Positions 33,941 through 43,609 of a stretch of DNA of 64,000 nt are shown here, in pieces (position 1 is the stretch's first letter; every line of letters begins with the position of its first letter). Origin of the DNA: an uncultured Candidatus Rokubacteria bacterium (lineage in GTDB: Bacteria; Methylomirabilota; Methylomirabilia; Rokubacteriales; CSP1-6); the NCBI GenBank assembly GCA_963754315.1, contig CAVWFS010000013.1, forward strand, positions 1 to 64,000. Reading direction: 5' to 3'. The notes below the pieces were generated by a model, which saw only the letters and a program-made list of their open reading frames with translations, did not search any database and was not told where the DNA came from. Position numbers and translations under genes: made by a program.

Positions 33941-34035
33941 CCCCCAAACCCCAAACCTAAGCGCGCCCGGAAAGGGTTCGGGCGCCGACATCCCCAAACG
34001 CTCGGCGCGCCCTGGGTTCCCCGGGGCGCGTCCGG
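33941..34035. repeat. Two tandem GC-rich hairpins each preceded by CCCCAAAC (REP-like)
   Basis: ccccaaacctaagcgcgcccggaaagggttcgggcgc and ccccaaacgctcggcgcgccctgggttccccggggcgcg. Confidence 0.45.
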
Positions 34036-34084
34036 ATCAGAGCGAGCCTGTCCGCCCCTTGCTGAGACTCACCGTTGGTATTAC

Positions 34085-34105
34085 TCTTACTAGTAAGACT
34101 CTTAC
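34085..34105. promoter_or_regulatory. vapBC autoregulatory operator (overlapping palindromes)
   Basis: Perfect 14-bp palindrome TCTTACTAGTAAGA (34085-34098) overlaps GTAAGA-C-TCTTAC (34093-34105), directly before the antitoxin ATG, in an AT-rich patch. Confidence 0.75.
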
Positions 34106-34345
34106 ATGGAGCCGATCATGAAGGTCACCAGCAAGGGGCAGGTCACCATTCCCGTCGCCATGCGACAGCGCACCGGGCTTCTCCCCGCGACGGAGGTGGA
34201 GTTCGTCCTGCAGGGCGAGGCGGTGGTTCTCCGGAAGGCCCGCGGCGTTCGACGGCGGGGGGCGAGGCTCGTCCAGGCCATGCGGGGAAAAGGCACGACT
34301 CGCATGACCACCGATCAGATCATGGCCCTCACGCGTGGCGACTGA
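34106..34345 (+). CDS. vapB: AbrB/MazE/SpoVT-family antitoxin
   Basis: MKVTSKGQVTIP..R..GL..TEVEF; overlaps the PIN gene. Confidence 0.9.
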   Translation: MEPIMKVTSKGQVTIPVAMRQRTGLLPATEVEFVLQGEAVVLRKARGVRRRGARLVQAMRGKGTTRMTTDQIMALTRGD

Positions 34346-34766
34346 AGGGACGGGTCCGGGCGGCCGGGAAATCCTGATCGATAGCAATGTGATCCTCGAC
34401 ATTCTCACCGAGGACGTCCAGTGGCTCGACTGGTCAGCGTCCCAGGTCGAGCGTCTCGCCGAGGACTACACCCTCGTCATCAATCCCATCGTCTATGGTG
34501 AGGTCTCTATCAGGTTTGATTCCATCGAGGGCCTCGACGAGGCGCTTCCCCCCGCCTTTCTTCGCCGAGACCCTCTTCCCTGGGAGGCCGCCTTCCTGGC
34601 CGGCAAGTGTTTCCTCCGGTATCGGCGGGCGGGTGGTCCTCGTCACGCGCCCTTGCCCGACTTCTACATTGGCGCCCATGCTGCCGTGCGCGGTATGACT
34701 CTGCTCACCCGGGACACAAGACGCTATCGTCGGTACTTCCCCAAGCTCAGGCTGATCGCTCCCTGA
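34335..34766 (+). CDS. vapC: PIN-domain VapC toxin
   Basis: ILIDSNVILD; NPIVYGEVS; LPDFYIGAHA; LLTRD. Confidence 0.92.
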   Translation: MATEGTGPGGREILIDSNVILDILTEDVQWLDWSASQVERLAEDYTLVINPIVYGEVSIRFDSIEGLDEALPPAFLRRDPLPWEAAFLAGKCFLRYRRAGGPRHAPLPDFYIGAHAAVRGMTLLTRDTRRYRRYFPKLRLIAP

Positions 34767-34832
34767 AGTGGGACCTTCACGATCGAGGAAAGGGGCATCG
34801 TCCCCCGCGCCTGAGGACGATGCCCTGTCGTC

Positions 34833-35288
34833 CTAGCACCCGCCGTAGCGCGGTGGACCACCGTCGCTCAGGTCGGCGCCGAAAACCATAGGTCACGATC
34901 CTCGCCCAGTAGCTGGCCGTCTCGCACATGCGGCAGGGGCGCGATGTCGAATAGATCGTGCACCCGCTGAGGTCGCTCGTCCCCAGGCGGCGACAGGCGT
35001 CCCGGATAGCCTCCATCTCGGCGTGCGCGGTGGGATCTCTGTTCGTCACAACGGCGCTAACGCCCTGGCCGACAATGCGGCCCGCCTTGACCACGACGGC
35101 ACCATAGGGTTGATCGCCGCGTTCCTGGGCGAGGCGGCGCAACTCCTCCGCGCGCCGCATGAAGTGTGTGGGATCAGCCGGGAAGGCTGGGCGAGCGCGG
35201 CGGGCGCAGATGCCAGCTCCTTCGCGAGCAAAGTGGGTGCGCCGACGAAGCTCACCAGACGTCCAAGCCAAACGCGTCGGCTCAGCAC
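34833..35288 (-). CDS. Zn-dependent nucleoside/nucleobase deaminase (GuaD/TadA-like), probably with a Tat signal; frameshifts ~35181 and ~34892
   Basis: GDQPYGAVVV; DPTAHAEMEAIR; SRPCRMC. Upstream frame reads VLSRRVWLG..AALA-QPS. Confidence 0.75.
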
Positions 35289-35446
35289 GATCAAGCCCCT
35301 GACCTGGCACGATAGCAAAGCAAAAGCCCAAAGAGCAAGGCGGGGAGCGACACTCGGGACGGTAATATATAGGACCGACCTTCCGACTGCGGGCACACTC
35401 GGAAGGATCCAGCGGGGACGGAACAGTCGACAACGGAGGGGAGACG

Positions 35447-36191
35447 ATGGCACAGGCAGCGGCTGACGACTGCTCTCACCATCTCGCGCCGTGCGTTCGT
35501 CACGCTTACTGTCGTAGGGACGGCTGGCATCGCTGCCCCCGGGGTTGTGAGCACGGCGGGCGGACAGACGTCGCCGCCCTCCGTTCCCTCATCCATGCCG
35601 GCCGACGAGGCCCTGAGGCAACTATTCGCGGGCAATGCGCGGTTTGCCAAAGGAGAGTCCGCCGGCCCGCGCCGTCGCCCGGAGGACTATCGCGCGGTCG
35701 CCGAGACTCAGAATCCCGTCGCGGTCATTCTGAGCTGTGCCGACTCGCGCGTTCCCCCCGAGTTGCTCTTCGACATGGGTGTGGGCGATCTGTTCGTGAT
35801 CCGGGTGGCCGGCAACGTCGTGAGCGGGGCAGGTGCCGTGGTCAAGGGCAGCGTCGAGTACGCGGTCGCGGAGCTCGGAGTCCCGCTCATCATGGTCCTC
35901 GGTCATAGCGGGTGCGGCGCCGTCAAGGCCGCCCTGAAACACATCGACGACAAGGACGCGCTCCCAGGGGCGATCCGGGAGCTGGTCAACCTGGTCAGGC
36001 CCGCGGTGGTGCGATCCGCGGGCCAGCCCGGCGACCGCCTCGACAATGCGATCCGCGCGAACGTGAAGCTGGGAGTCGAACGGCTGAAGGGCTTTCAGCC
36101 CATCCTGGGCCCGCGTGTCAGGCAGGGGCGGCTCAAGGTGGTCGGGGGAATCTACGACCTTCGTATGGGCACGGTGAGTCTGCTCGATTGA
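35447..36191 (+). CDS. Beta-class carbonic anhydrase with Tat signal; frameshift near the 5' end
   Basis: GGAGGGG SD; ISRRAFVTL; GNARF; SCADSRVPPE; RVAGN; LGHSGCGAV. Confidence 0.9.
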
Positions 36192-36302
36192 GAACTCCGG
36201 CGCCGGGACGCGGCCGCCCCTCCGCCCGCGGATGATCACGCGCGGGCTATCGTCGATTTCAACGATCTCTGGTGTTAGGCGGGCCCGGGAAAGGATCGAG
36301 GG

Positions 36303-37658
36303 ATGGCCTCACGTGAGGAGCTGACGCGCCGGGTGCACGCAGCGATCGACCGCCGGGCGGAGGAGATCGTGGCCATCGGCGAGCAGATCAGAAAGACCCC
36401 GGAGCTCGGCTTCAAGGAAGAGCGCACCGCGCGGCTGGTGGATGAGACCTTGCGTCGGCTCGGCCTCGCGTCGCGCACGGGATTGGCCTTTACCGGTGTA
36501 CGGGCCGAGGCGCGCGGACGCGCCGGTGACGGGCCCACCCTGGCGTTGATCGGCGAGCTTGACGCGCTGGTGGTGACGGGCCATCCCGAGCGCGATCCGG
36601 GCACGGGGGCCGCCCACGCCTGTGGTCACAACGCCCAAGTCGCGGCCATGCTGGGTGCCGCCATGGGGCTGCTCGACGCCGACGCCTTCGCCCACCTGGC
36701 GGGGCGGGTGGTGTTCTTCGCGGTGCCGGCCGAGGAGGGCGGCGACCTCGAGTGGCGCATTGCCCAGAAGCGGGCCGGTCGCCTGGAGTTCCTGAGCGGC
36801 AAGCAGGAGCTGATCCGGCTCGGCGCTTTCGACGACATCGACCTGGCCATGATGATCCACATGTCGTGGCGGGCGGAGGCTGGCCACGCCTCGCTCCAGG
36901 CTTCCAACAACGGACGCGTCGGAAAGGCGGCCGTCTTCACCGGCCGGGCCGCCCATGCCGGCGGCGCTCCTCATCGGGGGATCAACGCGCTCTACGCAGC
37001 CCAGATCGCCCTCAGCGCCATCAACGCCGTGCGGGAGACGTTTCGCGACGAGGATGCCATTCGCGTGCATCCGATTCTCACCCATGGCGGCTCGCAGGTG
37101 AACGTCATCCCGGGCCAGGCACGTCTGGAGATGTACGTGCGCGGCAAGACGGCGGAGGGAATCCTCGACGCCAGCCGCAAAGTCGATCGCGCCCTTCGCG
37201 CGGGCGCCCTCGCGCTCGGCGCCACGGTGGAGATCGAGACGGTGCCCGGTCCGCTCCCCCTGCTCAACAACTCCACCATGGAGCGTCTGTTCCACGACTC
37301 GGCGTCCACCTTGGTCGGGGCCGAGCACGTGAAGCGCACCGGCCACAGCGGCGGCTGTACCGACATGGGAGACGTGAGTCACCTGATGCCGGTCCTGCAT
37401 CCCTACATGGGCGGCGCGACCGGCACCGGCCACGGCGCCGACTACGCGATCGTGGATCCGAAGCTCGCCTACATCACGCCGGCCAAGGCGCTCGCATCGA
37501 TGGCCATCGATCTGCTCGCCGACGGGGCCGTGCAGGCTAGCGAGGTTCTCCGGCAGGGCCGGCCTCGCATGACGCGCGAGGAATATCTGGCTTTCCAGCG
37601 AGGTCTGGAGCAGCGGCAGCGCTACGACGAGGGCAGCCCACCGAGCGGCGCCAGCTGA
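36303..37658 (+). CDS. M20 family amidohydrolase/peptidase
   Basis: PELGFKE; GELDAL; HACGHN; PAEE; GRAAHA; TDMGDVS. Confidence 0.92.
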   Translation: MASREELTRRVHAAIDRRAEEIVAIGEQIRKTPELGFKEERTARLVDETLRRLGLASRTGLAFTGVRAEARGRAGDGPTLALIGELDALVVTGHPERDPGTGAAHACGHNAQVAAMLGAAMGLLDADAFAHLAGRVVFFAVPAEEGGDLEWRIAQKRAGRLEFLSGKQELIRLGAFDDIDLAMMIHMSWRAEAGHASLQASNNGRVGKAAVFTGRAAHAGGAPHRGINALYAAQIALSAINAVRETFRDEDAIRVHPILTHGGSQVNVIPGQARLEMYVRGKTAEGILDASRKVDRALRAGALALGATVEIETVPGPLPLLNNSTMERLFHDSASTLVGAEHVKRTGHSGGCTDMGDVSHLMPVLHPYMGGATGTGHGADYAIVDPKLAYITPAKALASMAIDLLADGAVQASEVLRQGRPRMTREEYLAFQRGLEQRQRYDEGSPPSGAS

Positions 37659-37683
37659 ACCGCGGTTCCGGCGGCGCGCCGCC

Positions 37684-38496
37684 TCATTCGATGAGCTGAC
37701 CGTCCTTGAAGAACGGATAGGGACCAGGGTAGTCCCCCACCACGGCCGTATGGCTCACCATCTGACCCGCACGCCACACGTGCAGCTGGAATCCCGGTGG
37801 TTCGAGCTTGAAGGCGGACGGCGCGTCGGCGCGGAGGTCAAGCACCACCTGGTGGGCGGTGCTCGGCGCCACGCTCGCCACCGTCCCGCCCACGCGCGCC
37901 TGGATAGAGCGGTGCAGGTGCCCGCACAGGACGCGCTCGACGTTCGGATGGCGGGACACGATACCGGCGAACCGGTCGGCATTGCGCAGCCCGAGCGCGT
38001 CCATGTGACCGATGCCCGTGGTGAAGGGCGGGTGGTGCATGAGGATCACCGTGGGTCGTCCCGGCTCCTTCGCCAGTGTCTGGTCCAGCCAGGCCAGGCG
38101 CGCCTCGCACAGCTCACCCCGGCCCTCGCCGGGAATCAGCGTGTCGAGAGCGACGAGCCGGAGAGGGCCGACATCCACGGTGTACTGCAAGAACTCGCCG
38201 GTCGGCAGGTAGCCGTCTGGCCCGAAGACCGAGCGGAGCGCCCCTCGCTCGTCGTGATTGCCTGCAATGACGTATACGGGCATAGGCAAGGGCGCCAGCA
38301 AGGTACGCAAATGCGCGTATTCGTCAGGGTGGCCGCGATCCACCAGATCGCCGGTGGCCACCACGATGTCAGGAGGTACGGCCAGCCGGCGGATCTCGGC
38401 CACGCAGGCGCGCAGGTACGTTGCCGTGTCCACCACTCGGTAGGCACACTGGCCGGGCGCCTTGATGTGCGTGTCGGTAATGTGCGCGATGATCAT
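37684..38496 (-). CDS. Metallophosphoesterase, CpdA/GpdQ-type phosphodiesterase
   Basis: ITDTH; TGDLVD; GNHD; MHHPP; CGHLHR. Confidence 0.92.
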   Translation of the reverse strand: MIIAHITDTHIKAPGQCAYRVVDTATYLRACVAEIRRLAVPPDIVVATGDLVDRGHPDEYAHLRTLLAPLPMPVYVIAGNHDERGALRSVFGPDGYLPTGEFLQYTVDVGPLRLVALDTLIPGEGRGELCEARLAWLDQTLAKEPGRPTVILMHHPPFTTGIGHMDALGLRNADRFAGIVSRHPNVERVLCGHLHRSIQARVGGTVASVAPSTAHQVVLDLRADAPSAFKLEPPGFQLHVWRAGQMVSHTAVVGDYPGPYPFFKDGQLIE

Positions 38497-39542
38497 GACG
38501 TTCCTCCGAGAGCAAGTAGGCCGCGGGGATCGACGGCGAGATGGACCCTGTCGCCGCGGGCGAAGTGGCGGCGTTCGGTCGTCTCCACCACCACCGGGCG
38601 ATCACTGCCGGTGTCGAGGAAAAGCCGCGTACGATCGCCAAGAAAGAACACGGCGGAGACGACTGCGGTGAGGTGAGCGGCCGGCGCGGCGACCAGGCGC
38701 GCAGCCTCGGGCCGGAAGAGCACTTCGGCCACCCCGGCCGGTGCGTCGGGCCACGGGATGACCCCGGCCGTGCTGGCAAACCCGCCATCGCTCAGCTTAC
38801 CCGGGAGCCGGTTCATGATGCCGACGAAGTCGGCGACAAAGGGTGTGGCCGGATGGTGGTAGATCTCCGCCGGCGTCCCCACCTGGGCCACTCGGCCGTG
38901 ATCCATCACCACGATGCGATCACCGAGCGACATGGCCTCGGTCTGATCGTGGGTGACGTAGACGGTGGTGATGCCAAGGCCGCGCAAGAGCGCGTCGATC
39001 TCGAGTCGGAGAGCGTCGCGCAGCTTGGCGTCGAGAGCCGTCAACGGTTCGTCCAGCAGCAGCGCGCGTGGGCGCACGGCCAGCGCGCGGGCGAGGGCCA
39101 CGCGCTGCCGCTGACCGCCCGAGAGCTGGTCGACGCTTCGTGCGGCCAGCGCCTCGATGCGCATGAGAGCGAGCATCTCGTCGACACGACGTTCGCGCTC
39201 GGAGGCGCCTGTCCCGCGGACCTTCAGGCCGTAGGCGACGTTGTCCCGGACGTCGAGATGCGGAAAGAGCGCGTAGGACTGAAACACCATCCCGACGTGC
39301 CGCCGCTCGATGGGAACGCGCGTGACCTCCTCGCCGTCGAAGAGCACGCGTCCCCCGCGGTCCGGGAACTCGAGCCCCGCGATGATGCGAAGGGTCGTGG
39401 TCTTTCCGCACCCGGACGGTCCCAGGAATACCAAGGTCTCGCCCGGCGCGACGGCCAGATCGAGGGGGTCGAGGGCACGGGTGCCGTCGGGGAACGTCTT
39501 GGCGCATCGTTCGAGCCTGATGGCGACGGCGGTCTCGCTCAC
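38493..39542 (-). CDS. ABC ATP-binding protein (PotA/FbpC-like) with TOBE domain
   Basis: [34 protein letters not shown] start overlaps the permease stop. Confidence 0.92.
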   Translation of the reverse strand: MSETAVAIRLERCAKTFPDGTRALDPLDLAVAPGETLVFLGPSGCGKTTTLRIIAGLEFPDRGGRVLFDGEEVTRVPIERRHVGMVFQSYALFPHLDVRDNVAYGLKVRGTGASERERRVDEMLALMRIEALAARSVDQLSGGQRQRVALARALAVRPRALLLDEPLTALDAKLRDALRLEIDALLRGLGITTVYVTHDQTEAMSLGDRIVVMDHGRVAQVGTPAEIYHHPATPFVADFVGIMNRLPGKLSDGGFASTAGVIPWPDAPAGVAEVLFRPEAARLVAAPAAHLTAVVSAVFFLGDRTRLFLDTGSDRPVVVETTERRHFARGDRVHLAVDPRGLLALGGTS

Positions 39543-40360
39543 TCGGGCCGCTCCGCTTCGCCGACGTGTACCGCTCGCCGGCGGGTAGGTCGCGAGAGCC
39601 ACTGCAAGGCGAGCAAGAGCGGCACGATCAAGACAAAGAAGACCAGGGTATAGGCGCTTCCGACCTCGAGCCGTAGGGAGGCATAGGCGTCGGCCAAGCC
39701 GACGGGAAGCGTCTTGGTGAGGGGCGTGTGCAGCAGCCACGTCATGTTGAACTCGCCGACGGAGAGCGTCAGCACCATCAGCGAGCCGGCCACGATTCCT
39801 CCACGGCAGTTGGGGAGCACGACGCCGAAGAACCGCTGGCGGGCGCTGGCCCCGAGACTGGCGGCGCTCTCCTCGAGGGTGCGCAGGTCGATGGCAGACA
39901 GGACCGCCAGCACGGCGCGCACCATGAACGGCAAGGTGAAGAGCACGTGGCCAACGAGGATGAAGAGCCAGGACGTGCGAAATCCGCCCACGGTGCCGTA
40001 GGTGACGATGAGGGCGAGCGCGGTGGCCAGCCCCGGAATCGCCACCGGCATCACCAGCAACTCCTCGATGGTGCGCGTCAGCCAGCTCTGCCGCCGAGCC
40101 AGCGCGTAGGCGGCGGGCACCCCGAGCACCAGGGTGACGACCAGACAGCCGAGCGCGATGCCGATGGAGAGGAAGACGGTATCGCGGTAGCCCTCCCACA
40201 CGCGAGCGACCCACCTGAGAGTGAGGCCGCTCTTCACCCCGGTGAAGTAGTTATCGGTGAGCCCGGCCAGGATGGACATCACGATGGGGACGACCAGGAA
40301 GGCGCACACGAGCAGCGCGAAGGCGAGCTGGAGGGCGAAGCCGAGGCCTCGCGCGCGCAT
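39539..40360 (-). CDS. ABC permease
   Basis: 6 TM; LEESAASLGA EAA loop. Confidence 0.9.
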   Translation of the reverse strand: MRARGLGFALQLAFALLVCAFLVVPIVMSILAGLTDNYFTGVKSGLTLRWVARVWEGYRDTVFLSIGIALGCLVVTLVLGVPAAYALARRQSWLTRTIEELLVMPVAIPGLATALALIVTYGTVGGFRTSWLFILVGHVLFTLPFMVRAVLAVLSAIDLRTLEESAASLGASARQRFFGVVLPNCRGGIVAGSLMVLTLSVGEFNMTWLLHTPLTKTLPVGLADAYASLRLEVGSAYTLVFFVLIVPLLLALQWLSRPTRRRAVHVGEAERPE

Positions 40361-40364
40361 GGGA

Positions 40365-41183
40365 TCAGGCGGCAGCGGCCACGCTGGCGCCGGCCGCGGT
40401 GCGGGCCACGGCCAGCACGAGCCACGTGAGCGCGCCCAGCACGAAGGAGAGGGCCGCCGCGGCCACGATGTTCGCCTGCAGGGTGAATTCCGTATAGATC
40501 GTCATCGGGAGCACCTCGATCCGCGTGGCCAAGGTGAAGGCCGTGCCGAAGGCGCCCATGGCCGTCGCGAAGCAAATCGCGCCGGCCGACAGCAGAGCCG
40601 GCTTCAAACCAGGCAGGATGACGTCGAGGACGACGCGCCAGGCGCCCGCCCCGAGCGAACGTGCCGCTTCCTCGATGCGTGGATCGAGCTTCTCGGCGGC
40701 CGCCATGATGGTGAGAATCACTCGCGGGATGGAGAAGTACACGTAGCCCATGAAGAGGCCGGCCATCGAGTAGGCGAACACGATCCGCTCGCCGGTGACG
40801 ACGGCGGTGAGATCGCCGATCAGTCCCTGGCGGCCGGCTAGCATGATCACCATGAATCCGATGACGACGCCTGGAAAGGCCAAGGGCAGAGTGAGAAGGG
40901 CAACCAGCAGTGAGCGGCCCCGGAACTCGTGCCGCTGCAGGAACACGCCGGCCATGCCGGCGACGATCAGGGCCACCACCGTGACGGCAGACGCCAGGAG
41001 GATGGTCGAGACCAGGCTTCGCAAATAGAGCGGATTGGTCAGGATCGACGCATAGGCGGCGAGCCTGTCCGTCCCGCTGGCGCCGATGAGGAAAAGTCGC
41101 CCCAAAGGAATCAGAAAGAACGCGACGAACACGCTCCCGGCGGGCAGCAAGAGCATCGCCGGGCCGAGCGCGCTCGGACGCAT
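40365..41183 (-). CDS. ABC permease
   Basis: 6 TM; IEEAARSLGA EAA loop. Confidence 0.9.
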   Translation of the reverse strand: MRPSALGPAMLLLPAGSVFVAFFLIPLGRLFLIGASGTDRLAAYASILTNPLYLRSLVSTILLASAVTVVALIVAGMAGVFLQRHEFRGRSLLVALLTLPLAFPGVVIGFMVIMLAGRQGLIGDLTAVVTGERIVFAYSMAGLFMGYVYFSIPRVILTIMAAAEKLDPRIEEAARSLGAGAWRVVLDVILPGLKPALLSAGAICFATAMGAFGTAFTLATRIEVLPMTIYTEFTLQANIVAAAALSFVLGALTWLVLAVARTAAGASVAAAA

Positions 41184-41195
41184 GCCCGGCCGGCT

Positions 41196-42216
41196 CTACT
41201 GGACCTCGTTCTTGTAGCGGTCGATGATCGTCTTCTGGGCGGCGGCCAGGGCGCGCAGATCCACCGGGCGCGCCCGCGCATACTCGGCCGCCGGCAAGAA
41301 ACGTCGGGGCGGCTTCGGCCGACATCCTGTCGGCGAACACCGGGCGCAAGAAGGCATTGCCCCACATGGCCTGGCTCCGGTCGGACAGGACGAAATCCAG
41401 GACCTTCTTGGCGTTGTCCGGGTTCGGTCCGCCCTGCACGAGCCCCATCACGTACGGGAATACGACCGTGCCCTCCTGGGGAATCACGAAGCGGACGGGA
41501 GCCTTGTCGGTGTACTGGCCGCGGTAGGCGTTGAAATCATAGTCGAAGAGGATGGGGATCTCTCCCGAGATCACCCGCGCGTACGAGGTTTGCTTCGGCA
41601 CGATCGGCTGGTTCTTGGCGAGCTCCCGGAAGTAGGCGATGGCTGGATCGATGTTGGTGTAGCTTCCCCCGAAGGCCAGGTTCACCGCCATCACGCCCAC
41701 CTGGCCGACCGCGGCGCTGGTGGGATCGAGGTATCCGACCAATCCCTTGTAATCCGGCTTGAGCAGATCCTTCCAGGAGGCCGGCATCGGCTTGCCACGG
41801 AGCGCCGCCTCGTTCACGAAGAGGCCCAACGTACCCGAGTGGATGGTGAACCAGTAGCCGTCGGGGTCCTTCAGTCCGGCCGGGATCCGTTCCCAGCCGT
41901 TCGGCTTGTACGGTGCCAGCACACCTGCTTCCTTGGCGGGAAGCGCGACGCTGCCACCGAGATACACCACGTCGGCGACGGGTCTGGCCTTCTCGGCGAT
42001 GAGCGCGGCCAGCGACTGGCCCGAGTTCTTGTTGTCGGGAGGCACCGCGATGCCGAGCGCCTCTTGAATGGCCTTGAGCTGCGACCCCCAGTCTGCCCAC
42101 TCGGGCGGGCAGTTGTAACAGATCGCGCGCTGCTGGGCGTGCGCGGCGCCCACTCCCGCGAGAACGGTCAAACCCACGACCACGCCGAGAAGCCACCGAA
42201 TAGGCCTACCCACCAT
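41196..42216 (-). CDS. ABC substrate-binding protein (AfuA/PotD-like class); frameshift ~41310
   Basis: Signal peptide ending AHA; ICYNCPPEWADW; DNKNSGQ; WKDLLKP; YLDPTSA; C-terminus ..KNEVQ* in the shifted frame. Confidence 0.85.
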
Positions 42217-42292
42217 GTCTCTCTGTCTCCCCTCGCACAAGCCTCGTCACGTCACCGGCTCTGCGTCGCGATATATCCTAGCCGCCGCACGG

Positions 42293-42580
42293 TTACAGCA
42301 CGATGAAGGCCGGCGCCGGCCGCGCACCGCCGGGGCAGCGGCATTGACCGCCACGATCACGCCGGGCCCACGCCATGCACGGCGCGGAAGCGGCGCCACT
42401 CGCCAAGGTCATGCCGGTGAGAAAGGCCCGCCGGCTCTGGCCGGTGCGCCCCGCGTGGGTGGCGATGCGCTCGGCGGCTAGCTGCTTGGCATGAGTCACC
42501 GTGCGGCCGACCGGCCATGGCGCGTATTCCCCGTTCGACGTGGAATCGAGCTTGATGGGCAAGGTGGGATCAAGGCTCAT
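42293..42580 (-). pseudogene. Probable N-terminal remnant of a Tat-type amidohydrolase
   Basis: LPIKLDSTSNGEY.P...GQSRRAFL leader, which I recall from long amidohydrolases; no catalytic domain follows before the next gene. Confidence 0.5.
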
Positions 42581-42614
42581 GACGCCCTCCTGCCCGTCAT
42601 CTTACAATCCCTGC

Positions 42615-43601
42615 ATGCCCAGTGTTCCCCTCATCGATTTGACCCCGGCCCGGCAGGGAGACCGGGACGAGCGCACCCGCATCGCCCGCCAGATCGACGA
42701 AGCCTGTCGCGACATCGGCTTCTTCACCATTACCGGCCATGGCGTCTCACCGGTCGTCGTGCAGGACCTCCGCGAGGCTGCCCACGCGTTTTTTGCTCTC
42801 CCCCTCACCGACAAGCAGCGGGCGAGCCATCCGGTCGAAGGCACGCCGCGCGGCTATCACGCGATCGCCGGCGAAGCCCTCGCTCTGGCCAACGATCAGG
42901 CGGCGCCCCCTGATCTCAAGGAGTTCTACCACGTGGGGCCCGTCGACGTGACCGATGACCCCTACTTCACCAGCGAGCGTGGCCGGCAGTTCTTCCTGCC
43001 GAACATCTGGCCCGAGCAGCCGGAGCGCCTCCGGGACGCCGCCACCGAGTACTACAGAACGATGGATCGGCTGGTGATCTTCCTCATGCGGCTGGCGGCT
43101 CTGGCCCTCGGCCTCGAGGAGCGATTCTTCGACGACAAGGTCGCGCGTTCCATCGGGACCATGCGCCTCAACTACTACCCGCGGCAGCACGAGCGACCGC
43201 TGCCCGGACAGCTCCGCGCCGGGGCCCACACCGATTACGGCTCCCTCACCGTGCTCAACGGCGAAGACGTGCCGGGGGGACTCCAGGTGCGGGCCCGCAG
43301 GGGCGAGTGGGTCGACGTCCGCACCCCATCCGAACACTTCGTCATCAACATCGGCGACCTCCTGATGCGCTGGACCAACGATAGGTGGCTGTCGACCATG
43401 CACCGCGTCGCCAACCCGCCCCTCGTCGAAGCGCTCAACCGGCCGCGTCTGTCCATCGCATTCTTCAATCACCCGAACTACGACGTGCCCATCGAGTGCC
43501 TGGCGAGCGGTGAAGCGGCGAAGCACCCGCCGGTGCTGTCCGGTGACTATCGCGACGCGAAGTACGTCAAGACGGGATTGAGAGCCACGAGCCCCGCCTG
43601 A
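42615..43601 (+). CDS. 2-oxoglutarate/Fe(II) oxygenase (isopenicillin N synthase family)
   Basis: VPLIDL; GFFTITGHGV; RLNYYP; HTDYG; NIGDLL; HRV; RLSIAFF. Confidence 0.93.
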   Translation: MPSVPLIDLTPARQGDRDERTRIARQIDEACRDIGFFTITGHGVSPVVVQDLREAAHAFFALPLTDKQRASHPVEGTPRGYHAIAGEALALANDQAAPPDLKEFYHVGPVDVTDDPYFTSERGRQFFLPNIWPEQPERLRDAATEYYRTMDRLVIFLMRLAALALGLEERFFDDKVARSIGTMRLNYYPRQHERPLPGQLRAGAHTDYGSLTVLNGEDVPGGLQVRARRGEWVDVRTPSEHFVINIGDLLMRWTNDRWLSTMHRVANPPLVEALNRPRLSIAFFNHPNYDVPIECLASGEAAKHPPVLSGDYRDAKYVKTGLRATSPA

Positions 43602-43609
43602 GGAGCTTC

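Noticed and set aside
35303..35320. TGGCACG as a sigma54 promoter for the carbonic anhydrase
   Set aside because: No TTGC or GC at the required spacing.
37657..37683. Two adjacent perfect palindromes (GAACCGCGGTTC, GGCGGCGCGCCGCC) between convergent genes
   Set aside because: No U-tract and no loop; could aid termination but may be chance in GC-rich DNA.
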